Positions 1-9,428 of a stretch of 64,000 nucleotides of DNA are shown in pieces. The notes below the pieces were generated by a model. The model was given only the letters and a program-made list of their open reading frames with translations, was not told the DNA's origin and searched no databases. Numbering within the stretch: the first letter of the stretch is position 1; each line of letters begins with the position of its first letter. A program made the translations under genes and the position numbers. The stretch is from Veleropilina oligotropha (taxonomy: Eukaryota): assembly GCA_048128005.1 (NCBI GenBank), contig JBEUKZ010000088.1, forward strand, positions 1-64,000, read 5' to 3'.

Positions 1-819
1 TATACTTTCAACGATTATGTTCAAAGCAGAACATGTCCATATTACCGCGTGAGAAAAGCCTTGTCGCCTGGGGAAACTCGCCCTTAACGACCAGTTAATG
101 GCAACTGTGATTCATAACTTGAACAAATAATGTCATGTCTCAACCGAGATTGAAACCCACGACTGATCACGTCAGCGGAATCAAGCCAGTGATGTTACGG
201 AGTCTGCAACCAAAATAAAATAAAAAGCTTGCTTAATTTTGTCTTCTGGTTGCTTAATAAATTACATGGTATCATATGGGAAAGCCTCAAGAATCCATCT
301 CTGGTAATTTAACATTATGAAGTTTTAGATACTAGTATAACAGTAACACTTCTTAGCAGTTTAAGCAGACCTGCAATCAGACTCCAGCATATTGTCCGTT
401 GCCACACCCATACCAGTTGAGTACAATACTATATTCTTCGTTGTTCATTTTGTGATTAACTTATTATATTTAAATATTCAGCAGCGATTAATTTAAATGG
501 TAGCAAATTACTGACGAAAGTTGAGTGTTGAAAATTCATAACTTTTTATGTTATAAACAAAAAGTGTAATGCTGTTAGTTTTCTTTTTAAAACAGAAAGA
601 GCGCATTTACGGGAAATAGTCTCTTCAACAAAGTAAAATAGCAATCATTTCACGACTGTTTATAAATCTGTACTTCTATATTTCTCAGATCTCACCAAAA
701 ATTAAAAATATGAACAATGTGATATGAAATTTTGGTTTCTTTCATGATTCTATCATGGATTATGAATCACAATGGCATGTAATAGCAATTACTTTATCAT
801 CATGGTTGACAACATTCTT

Positions 820-1012
820 TTAAGACCACGTTTAGCAATTTTTCAGCTGTGTCGGGACACCCGGTTTAAGGTCTCACTCTAATCTGTCCGACATACATTA
901 GGGACATGCCTTCTATTATTTTAAGCGTTAGAATAGCCACGCCGGAGTGGGGATTCGACTCTACATCCTACCGCTGGCCTCATACCCGGGACCAACTAAC
1001 AACTTCGACCAG
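820..1012 (-). mobile_element. Second SINE-like family (related copy at about 22800-22990)
   Basis: Shared ttttcag....ggacacccggt.t.aag..tcactc..atctg block and a B-box-like gggattcga segment. Confidence 0.5.
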
Positions 1013-1695
1013 AAGTGTAATGGTAATAATGATAAAGTGCACTGTAGCAGTATTGACATATTTTCAAGAAAAGGGAACTATCAAAATAATTACATGTTAG
1101 AGAATGTCTCAAAAGTATACCATTGAGCATATAAATCACTTTTATAAAGGTATACGGTACCAGTTAAATGTAAGCTTGGAAGGTATAGCTTAGGTTAATT
1201 GTTTCTGTTACCTAAGATAAGGAGGCCGACACAGCTAAGTGACCACCTCCCCCCCCCCCCCTTCCCAAATTGTTATTTTCTTTCATAAATCGGTCTCTAA
1301 AACTAGTGTATTAGACACCACAGCTAGAATGTAGGAGAGGTTGTCTTTCATCATTGAATTATAAGATGTTTACATCACAATATTATCAAACAAATAAATC
1401 ATGCGAATACCACTTTCAGCCTTTAAAATTTAGGCCTACTCATCCCTGGTCCACCCCCCTGGCTCCTGGTTATATCCGTTTCGATCGCCTGATTTTTATA
1501 TTTTATAAAATTCTAATTTGATATACCGGTAGAGGCCTAATGGGGTAAAGATGAAAGAAATATTTGTAAATTTCATACTGTATCCAGAGTCTAAATTTAA
1601 AAAGCATGCTACTTAGTTGATATATTCATTTGAAAGGAAGACGGAACATTTCTGTTTTATTGTTAAAAATAGAATACTATTGTTTTACGTTTGGG

Positions 1696-1950
1696 AGGAA
1701 TTATGCTTAATGTCCTGTATATTTACAACATCGAGGTTCAAGGCAGGACATGTCCGTGTTATCGCGGGAGGAAACCCCGGTCGCCCGGGTAAACCTGCCC
1801 TCTTCGGCCAGTCACGGACAACTGTGATTCATAACTTGAACAAATTTCAATGCCTCAGCCAGGTATTGAACCCACTACTGTTCGCATTAGCGGAATCAAG
1901 CCAGTGAATTTTAGAGTGGACACTCTACCCACTGCGCTGCCGAAGCGGCC
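1696..1950 (-). mobile_element. tRNA-derived SINE, family A
   Basis: A-box-like gcagcgcagtgggtagag and B-box-like gggttcaatacc head, V-domain-like core ggtttacccgggcgaccggggtttcctccc, and 11-bp TSD ttacgtttggg. Confidence 0.88.
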
Positions 1951-2450
1951 TTACGTTTGGGGAATAGGGATTTGTGATATCTAGAATGCAGTACATGTTC
2001 GTGTTATATATTAATTATGAACACAACAAAGAAAAGATAAATCGTTTTTTCACAAAAGAATGTCAAGGATACAATGGTGAAATTGCGTCCATACATGCTT
2101 TAATATTTGTGTAATAAATGAAATGTAAATTAATTAAACCACACAATGTCACGTTTTTATTAGAAAACATGTTGTGAGAGTACATATGAGAGGCCGCACT
2201 GTACGATACCGAAAACTTGAAAGGCGAGGCTGATCGCCGAACGTTGGCTTACTCATGACAAAAATAAACGAGCAAGTTCGGCTTGAAATGACCCAATCAG
2301 AAAAGGGGAAGTAACTCTGGGTATCAAGTCCATAAAATGGACAAAAATAAATCCAAGTATAAGGGGGCAAACAGAAATATATCAGGGAGCAAATATAAAT
2401 GTCCTTTTATAACAATTCTAACCTCACAAGCATCATTCTGTCAACTTTAT

Positions 2451-2560
2451 TTTTCAGATTATGAGTTTAAGCTCATACTTTTCAGATTATGAGTTTAAGC
2501 TCATATTTTTCAGATTATGAGTTTAAGCTCATATTTTTCAGATTATGAGTTTAAACTCAT
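2451..2560. repeat. 28-bp minisatellite, about 4 copies
   Basis: cagattatgagtttaagctcata recurs at 2455, 2483, 2511 and 2539. Confidence 0.9.
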
Positions 2561-2848
2561 AAGCAGAAATAACTCATAAGTATCAGACAAACAACAACAT
2601 AACCTCCTAAGTATCAAATGTTTGAACGGATGGACGGACGGTCTGCATTTTAATATTCCCCACAAACATTTTTTTGCAGGGGATAAATACAGAAAATAAA
2701 CAAACAATATATTATGAAAATATGCAATATGCAATAGTATCTGTCCAGCCATATGGGTGCTTACAATGCATACTGTACAACCATCGTACCTGCATAAACC
2801 AGGTTGTATATACAATCAATTTATTATCCACACACAAGTGCTACTGAC

Positions 2849-3029
2849 CTCCCAGCCCTTTCGATATATACCATTCCGCTTTACGGACATCACATGTACA
2901 CAGCATCTGTCCGTCTGGAGCCAGTAACTGGCAGTTGTAATACAGAGGGCGCTGTCTCAAGGAATAAGCTCGACTTGCCTTCTTCCATTCACATTTGGGT
3001 TTTGCTGGGCCCTTATGGTTTTCAGTGTC
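2849..3029 (-). CDS. EXD2: EXD2 coding exon (last one in the window; the gene continues left of position 1)
   Basis: AG/GT-bounded 181-nt exon encoding DTENHKG...RAYSLRQRPLYYNCQLLAPDGQMLCTCDVRKAEWYISKGLG. This matches the EXD2 YSARKSPLYDNC..APDGQ.LCTCD..KAQWY motif. Phase 0 join with the previous exon. Confidence 0.93.
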
Positions 3030-3184
3030 CTGTCATATAGAAATGTTCCTTTGTTATATATCAGTACCGAAAGTATTAAAGTACCGAATGGAGAATGTCT
3101 AGTTCACACTTATATGCCTGCATGACATATATTTAACATGCTTTAAGTTATACATTATGAAAGGTATCAGTATAGATGATTGGA

Positions 3185-3408
3185 GGTGATCCTGTGTATT
3201 TACAACCATCAGGTTCAAGGCAGGACATATTATCGCGGGAGGATAGCCCGGTCATCCGTGGAAACCTGCCCTCTTTGGTCAGTTACGGACAACTGTGATT
3301 GTTAAATGATAAAAGAATGTCATGTCCCAATGAGATTTTTGTCAGTTAGCGCAATCGAGCCAGTGATTTCAGAGTCGGCACTCGTAACACGACTAACGGT
3401 GCGGCTCA
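3185..3408 (-). mobile_element. Older diverged SINE family A copy (others at about 1-200 and 55570-55795)
   Basis: Degenerate match to caaggcaggacat...aaacctgccctct..cagt.acggacaactgtgatt. Confidence 0.7.
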
Positions 3409-3649
3409 GGATAGATGAAAATAAAATATTGGATAACGAAAATGATAAAAAATATATTCAAATTCATTTTGTTCTTCTCTGGAATCAAAAATGAAAACTT
3501 TTGATGACAGTTGTATGATTACATTGCAGCAAACAGTCGGCAATGTCATGTTACAATAATATTCATGGGATTTCTGATATCTTAGACATAAAATATGAAT
3601 TCAATATTAAAGTGCATTATGAAATATAGCAAGTGAGATCTACACAAAC

Positions 3650-3835
3650 CTCGACTGGTTCGTGAGATCGACCTTTGAATGCTGCTCCAACAATCCCCTG
3701 GCATAAGGATAGAGCAGCGAGCCAGAATCCATCTTCCGTTATATGATCTTTATTCTGTTTATGTTCTAGTTTAGCAGCAACGATGGCGATAAAGATGTCC
3801 ACTGCTACAAGAGCATCTTTGGCCGCATATTCAAC
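3650..3835 (-). CDS. EXD2: EXD2 coding exon (ExoIII YAAxD motif)
   Basis: 186-nt AG/GT exon encoding VEYAAKDALVAVDIFIAIVAAKLE...CQGIVGAAFKGRSHEPVE; DEDDy exonuclease motif III. Confidence 0.93.
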
Positions 3836-5050
3836 CTACAAGCATACAAGAAATAGGTGTCACCTAGTCTACTAAATACACATCAAATATTTTACACTTG
3901 CATTATGCAGCTATAACATAAAGGTTCAAAGCTACAATCTGTATTTACAAATTAACGTAAATAAAATATCTTTGCTCTGACATTACTGCAGATTGTTTTG
4001 GATTAGTTTGGTTTTGGATCAATGCTTAATATATTTACAACTAGATATGTCAGTGACACGAATGCCCCCTCTGAAACAACTGCCAGGAATGAAAGAAATT
4101 CGAAGTGAACAGCAATAACTCTCTTAACATTGAATTTACGCATTTAACAATGTATGAATAAGTATACACCTATATTCCAAAAATAGTTTCATTCCATGAA
4201 TGTATTCAAAAGTTATCGTCCAGAATAGAAAAAAAAATTAAATTAATAATTAATGTCCTATGTCTCCTAAATGAAGTTGGGAATTTATAGAAATGAAACT
4301 CCACTCAGATATTCTGATATACATGTGTATATCAAATTAATTTAATTTGAATCCATGAATGCCTTAATATAGCGCATAATCTAAAGCATTCATTCGAGAG
4401 ACAAACATGTGTAACAATAAATGCTCTCCATACTTCGTTTTGCAGGGGACCGGGCATAAAATTTGTTTCCAATGATATTACACATGTACACCAAATGTAA
4501 TTTATATCCATGAAGGCATTATCAAGTTATCGGCCGAAAATGGAAAAAAAATTGCATGTTGATGAAGGGACATAACTCCCTTATGTGAAGGCGGAATGTC
4601 ACCGAAATCTAACTCCACTTAGCTATTATGATCATACACGTGAATATCAAATTTAATTTAAATCCATGATGGCATTCTGAAGTTACCGCCACGAAATGAA
4701 AAAAGTTTCCAAGTGAATGAAGGGGCATAACTCCCTTATGGAACATGGGAATTTTACCGAAATCGAACTTCACTTCGGTATTATGATCATACACGTGAAT
4801 ACCAAATTTAATGCAAATCCATGAAGGCATTCTGAAGTTACCATCCCAAAATGCAAAAATGTATCAAAGTGAATCAAGGGGCATAACTCCTTAATGGAAA
4901 TTCGGAATGTTACCGTAATCGAACTTGACTTCGGTATTATGATCATAAACGTGAATACCAAATTTAATGCAAATCCATGAAGGCATTCTGAAGTTACCGT
5001 CCGGAAATGAAAAATGAGGTTTTAATTTAAACCTAATATTAGTTAAAACA

Positions 5051-5253
5051 TACTTACGTCCTTACTCTTGCCATAATAGTAATATTATCGCTAACCGGAA
5101 ACAGTGAATAAGTCACATTATGCACTCTTTATAAGTCAAAACGTACCACGATCACCTCCCCTGCTCCCGCTCTCCTAAGTTCCCCCAGCGAGATCTCGCC
5201 AAGTCTCGCGAGACTTCCGAAGCATCGAAGTCACAAGACCTCAATTCAAAGTT
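5051..5253. repeat. DIRS 3' inverted terminal repeat (203 bp)
   Basis: Reverse complement of 12275-12477; no mismatch seen by eye. Confidence 0.95.
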
Positions 5254-5311
5254 CAGAACCCCAAAGGAACTTAGTAGAGGGGAGGAATGCGAAGCAGGGT
5301 GGGTAATCGTG

Positions 5312-5401
5312 GTAAGGACGTAAGTATGTTTTAACTAATATTAGGTTTAAATTAAAACCTCATATGTAGTTACAAACTTACTTACGTCCTTACTCTTGCC
5401 A
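5312..5401. other. DIRS internal complementary region (ICR)
   Basis: 5312-5363 is the exact reverse complement of 5014-5065. 5364-5401 is the exact reverse complement of 12455-12492. Confidence 0.95.
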
Positions 5402-6234
5402 GAATAACCTTGGATAGGTGGGTAAGAAGTTCCTTACAGCAAACCCAAACAAGATAATGACTTACTTTTCACCATGTCAATCAGCTCGAAGCGTCGATTG
5501 TGTCCGCCCAGAGTGGAATTTACTGAGTATTATTCTACCCTTACCAAGCGAGAATTTCGACCAGTGTTACCGGGAGAATACGCCGTGGTGTTAGTCGGAC
5601 GAGGTGAACGGAAGTGCAATCAGCCCCAGGCACGGCCGGAAGGATGAATCCCTGTAGGTCTTACGTGTCATGGGCCAGTGGCAGCCAAATGGTACTCCTG
5701 GCCGAAGGCCGGTAGCCAGAGGATGCAGTCGGATTTGTAAGCACACGGAACCTAACAGGTTGTGAAAGCTTTAAATCAAAAGCAAAGAATTAATAGATTA
5801 TTGCAAATAATCGATATTAATAAATAAATCGCATGACCAACTTGCGAATGCTAACATGTACGACATGTCACTTAAAATAAAATTTTAAGGAAGCAAATAG
5901 GTACGACATGTTACTTAAAATAAATTTAAGGGAAGCAAATATTAAATTTTTTCCAATGTCTTGAACATCGTATGGTCTATACAGCATAGAACATCAATAA
6001 TATTGAACCTCAAATCTTATAAGTTTGTCGCAATATTTTTGTTTATTAAATTCAATGCAATCTGGCTTGTCAGTATACTCAGAAAAGACATGAAGTACAA
6101 AATCTTAAAATGTATTTAAGAAATGAACAGACATTGAATTGCCTCATAATGTGTCGATTTCATCGAACATCTAGGCCAACAAATAACAATGCGTCAGCAT
6201 GAATTATGTAAATTGATCAATCAACAAATAATAC

Positions 6235-9192
6235 TCACTGATTAGACGACCTTGGTCTAACAATACAACGTTGAGCAGCCACACATTGTAGGGTGCTCAA
6301 CCCGTCAGCCCCGGTTGAATAGTCCCGCAGATAATACTTAACGAAGACATTAGCTGTTTTCCAGTAAGCTGCCTGAAGCAACGCTGTAATATTTAAATTA
6401 TGTCGGAAGGCAATGGAGGCAGCTATCGCACGGACTTCGTGCGTGCGCACGGATAAAATAGTGCGGTCTACTTCTTCACAGCGAGAGTACACATCTCTCA
6501 CCACCTGTGAAATCCACCGCGAAACAGTAGTCTTGGTAATGTCATGGGTGAAGGAAGGTAAATACGAAATGAATAAACGCAATTTTCCTTGTCTGAAATC
6601 ACGGGTTCTGTCGAGGTAGAAACGCAGGGCCCGTACCGGGCAATTTAACCGGTCCATATCATGCCTTCCGACCAGCGTAAGCTTGGGAATAATAATATCA
6701 GGAGCGTCCTCGTTCGGCCGTTGGTTCTTGGCGAGGAAGCCCAGAACAGGACGCAGCATCACCGACCCGTCTGACTGGAATCTAATATCACGAAGCTCGG
6801 CGGATAAGCTATGAATCTCGGAACAACGCCTGCCCGACGCTAAGGCGATCAGAAAAACTGTTTTGTGCGTCAAGTTCCTCATAGAAATCGTGGACATCGG
6901 CTCGTACGGAGGTAAGAGTAATGCGTTAAGAATTAGAACAATATTCCAGGCAGGAGGCCGAATGGTTCGGGTCGGCATCTCGAGTTCGTAGGATCTAATA
7001 AAATCTGAAATCGTACGGTCGTTAGAGAGGCCAGCGTGGGCACGACACTGTTTTAACGTGGTCGCGATCGTTGCCCGATAGCCTTTGACGGCGGACACTG
7101 ACATACCGCGGTCGAAGAGCGACGATAAAAACTCGATAAATTTGTTCACAGGGGGACGGAGTATATTGACCTGCCTGCTGTGACACCAATCCACGTACTT
7201 AACCCATCGGTAGTCATAAACTTTTGTCGTGGAAAGCCTTCTCGATCGATAGATGCGTAGGGCTGTAGCTTTAGAAAATCCTTTCTTAGCAAGGGATCGT
7301 TCGATAACCGCCAGGCGTGTAAACGTAAGTCGTCCGGCGATTCGTGGAGTACACGGGTGCGTGGCTGCATTAACAGGTCTAGTTTCTGCGGTAACGCTAA
7401 CGGTCGATCGACGATCAGATCGAGGAGGGTCGGAAACCAAGGTTGCGTGCGATATAGGGGAGCTATTAGCGTTATCTCGCAACGTTCGTTCGATGCCTTC
7501 TGTAATACCAGTGATAGAATGCACGACGGGGGGAAGGCATACGCGGACAGATTCTCCCATGTCATTGACAGTGCGTCGACCGCTAGGGCGGCCGGGTCTG
7601 GGTACGGGGAGACATACAGAGGTAGTCGGTAATTGAATTCTGTTGCAAACAGATCGACTTGGGGTTGCGACCACCGGCGGCAAACATCCCGAGCTACTCG
7701 GCTGTGTAGCGTCCACTCTGTGTGTATTATCTGTGATTTCCGAGAGAGCGAATCCGCTCTGACATTCAGCCTTCCCGGGATGTGTCGGGCTCGAATCGTC
7801 GAGTTGAGGGACATCACTAAGCGGTGTAGGTCGATTGCTCGGTCGCAAAGGGGACGCGAGCGAGTGCCGCCCTGGTGCTGAATGTAAGCGACGACAGTCG
7901 TGTTGTCCGTGGCGAGCATTATGTGCTTGTTGCGGAGATGTGACGAGAGGGACCGTACTGACAGGTAGACTGCTTCTAACTCTAGGAAGTTGATGTGTCG
8001 TCCCTGAAGGTCCGTCGGCCATAGGCCGGAGGTCTCGTAACTGTCGAGGTGACCACCCCAGCCGTCGTTCGAAGCGTCTGTGAACAGGTAAGCGTTCGGC
8101 TCTGGCGGGGAGATAGGAACCGACTGGTCCGGCAAAGTAGGGTTCAACCACACTGCTGTTGTGTCGGTAAACCAATGCCGTAGATCGATGCGATCCGTCC
8201 ACTGCCCCGTCCGTTGTATCCAGCGATCCCTGAACGCCTGCTGCAACGGTCGTTTGTCCATGCGACCCGTCGGTAGCAGGGTCGCTACCGACTCGATGTG
8301 CCCTAGGACAGTGGCCAGTTGTCGCGCTGTAGTTACGTCCGATGACAGGGTGTCTTGGATAACCGCGCGTAGGTTCCGCATACGCTTCTGGGTCGGCTTC
8401 GCGGTGTACCGGACCGTATCGAAGTCGACTCCGAGGAACGTAAACGTCGTCGAGGGTACGAAGCAGGATTTGGTCTCGTTGACCTGAAATCCCAGGCGCT
8501 CCGTCGATAACAGGGTAAAGCTCGTAGACTGGAGGCACAGATCCCGGGACGCCCCGAGGATCAGCCAGTCGTCGAGGTACATATGTACCCTGTGCCCTAG
8601 AGAGTGTAGGAAGGCCCCGAGGGCCTGTACTGTTCTCGTGAAGACGTAAGGGGCTGACGATAGACCGAACGGTAGGCACCTGAATTGGTAAATCGTCTCC
8701 CCGTGTATAAACCGAAGGTACTGATGAGCCGTGACATGCATCGGGACATGCAGATACGCGTCGGTTAGATCGATAGACGCTGCCCAGTCGCCCGGACGGA
8801 TGGCCGCTCGAATCTTCGAGAGGGTTTCTTGCTGGAATTTCTCGGTACGAAGATATCGGTTGAGATATGAGAGATCGAGGATCGGTCTCCAGCGGCCATC
8901 GGGTTTCGGGACCAGGAAGAAATGGCTGTAAAATCCTGGTGTGCTGGGCGGCGCGGGATAGATCGCTCTTTTTAGGAGCAAATCCCGCACTGCCTGGTCT
9001 AAGACCGCTTGTTTCTCTCCGTTTAGGAGGCGAGCGTGTCTTGGTGGTGGTGCCTCGGTTAAGGTCGGATGCCGGTTGAATGCCAACTTGTATCCGGCAC
9101 TCACGACTAAGTGGACCCAGTTGCTGTCTGTCAGCTCTAGCCACGACTGGCTGTGCGCTGACAGGCACGCTCCCACCGGCGGAAGCGAGCAA
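6235..9192 (-). CDS. DIRS tyrosine recombinase ORF3 (recognisable domain about 6235-7300; frame stays open across the RT ORF)
   Basis: Catalytic set R (SGRRCSE), K (FLAKNQ), HxxR (HEVR), W (AAYW) and Y (FVKYY), preceded by an integrase core-binding-like domain. Confidence 0.93.
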   Translation of the reverse strand: MLASAGGSVPVSAQPVVARADRQQLGPLSRECRIQVGIQPASDLNRGTTTKTRSPPKRRETSGLRPGSAGFAPKKSDLSRAAQHTRILQPFLPGPETRWPLETDPRSLISQPISSYREIPARNPLEDSSGHPSGRLGSVYRSNRRVSACPDACHGSSVPSVYTRGDDLPIQVPTVRSIVSPLRLHENSTGPRGLPTLSRAQGTYVPRRLADPRGVPGSVPPVYELYPVIDGAPGISGQRDQILLRTLDDVYVPRSRLRYGPVHREADPEAYAEPTRGYPRHPVIGRNYSATTGHCPRAHRVGSDPATDGSHGQTTVAAGVQGSLDTTDGAVDGSHRSTALVYRHNSSVVEPYFAGPVGSYLPARAERLPVHRRFERRLGWSPRQLRDLRPMADGPSGTTHQLPRVRSSLPVSTVPLVTSPQQAHNARHGQHDCRRLHSAPGRHSLASPLRPSNRPTPLSDVPQLDDSSPTHPGKAECQSGFALSEITDNTHRVDATQPSSSGCLPPVVATPSRSVCNRIQLPTTSVCLPVPRPGRPSGRRTVNDMGESVRVCLPPVVHSITGITEGIERTLRDNANSSPISHATLVSDPPRSDRRSTVSVTAETRPVNAATHPCTPRIAGRLTFTRLAVIERSLAKKGFSKATALRIYRSRRLSTTKVYDYRWVKYVDWCHSRQVNILRPPVNKFIEFLSSLFDRGMSVSAVKGYRATIATTLKQCRAHAGLSNDRTISDFIRSYELEMPTRTIRPPAWNIVLILNALLLPPYEPMSTISMRNLTHKTVFLIALASGRRCSEIHSLSAELRDIRFQSDGSVMLRPVLGFLAKNQRPNEDAPDIIIPKLTLVGRHDMDRLNCPVRALRFYLDRTRDFRQGKLRLFISYLPSFTHDITKTTVSRWISQVVRDVYSRCEEVDRTILSVRTHEVRAIAASIAFRHNLNITALLQAAYWKTANVFVKYYLRDYSTGADGLSTLQCVAAQRCIVRPRSSNQ

Positions 9193-9428
9193 CCGGGACC
9201 GTCGCGAATGCCGGCAACCCTAGGGCCGAGGCTTCCCTCTCCCGCTCTGCTTGCGGGATTTCGCTGGAGGTGCAGGTTTCTTCGGAGTGGGTTTAACGGC
9301 CGGAGGCCTACCACCCGAAGAGGGTTTCGCACGCTTAGAAGGCTTCGGGGCCGGGGTGGGCCCTGAGCGCTTCTTCGAGCCGGCAGGTGGACCCCGGGTG
9401 GGGTGCAGTACTGCCTTCTCGATGGCAC
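7146..9428 (-). CDS. DIRS reverse transcriptase - RNase H - adenine-methylase-like ORF2
   Basis: RT motifs FLVPKPDGRWRPILDL, IDLTDAYLHVP, LPFGLSSAP and YLDD. RNase H motifs TDASNDGWG, HINFLELEAV, DNTTVV and NVRADSLSR. C-terminal DLFAT...YAFPP methylase-like domain. No internal stops; the true start is uncertain. Confidence 0.95.
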   Translation of the reverse strand: MPSRRQYCTPPGVHLPARRSAQGPPRPRSLLSVRNPLRVVGLRPLNPLRRNLHLQRNPASRAGEGSLGPRVAGIRDGPGCSLPPVGACLSAHSQSWLELTDSNWVHLVVSAGYKLAFNRHPTLTEAPPPRHARLLNGEKQAVLDQAVRDLLLKRAIYPAPPSTPGFYSHFFLVPKPDGRWRPILDLSYLNRYLRTEKFQQETLSKIRAAIRPGDWAASIDLTDAYLHVPMHVTAHQYLRFIHGETIYQFRCLPFGLSSAPYVFTRTVQALGAFLHSLGHRVHMYLDDWLILGASRDLCLQSTSFTLLSTERLGFQVNETKSCFVPSTTFTFLGVDFDTVRYTAKPTQKRMRNLRAVIQDTLSSDVTTARQLATVLGHIESVATLLPTGRMDKRPLQQAFRDRWIQRTGQWTDRIDLRHWFTDTTAVWLNPTLPDQSVPISPPEPNAYLFTDASNDGWGGHLDSYETSGLWPTDLQGRHINFLELEAVYLSVRSLSSHLRNKHIMLATDNTTVVAYIQHQGGTRSRPLCDRAIDLHRLVMSLNSTIRARHIPGRLNVRADSLSRKSQIIHTEWTLHSRVARDVCRRWSQPQVDLFATEFNYRLPLYVSPYPDPAALAVDALSMTWENLSAYAFPPSCILSLVLQKASNERCEITLIAPLYRTQPWFPTLLDLIVDRPLALPQKLDLLMQPRTRVLHESPDDLRLHAWRLSNDPLLRKDFLKLQPYASIDREGFPRQKFMTTDGLSTWIGVTAGRSIYSVPL

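Noticed and set aside
1617..1907. 96-aa ORF repeated at 31026 and 42878
   Set aside because: Antisense reading of the SINE.
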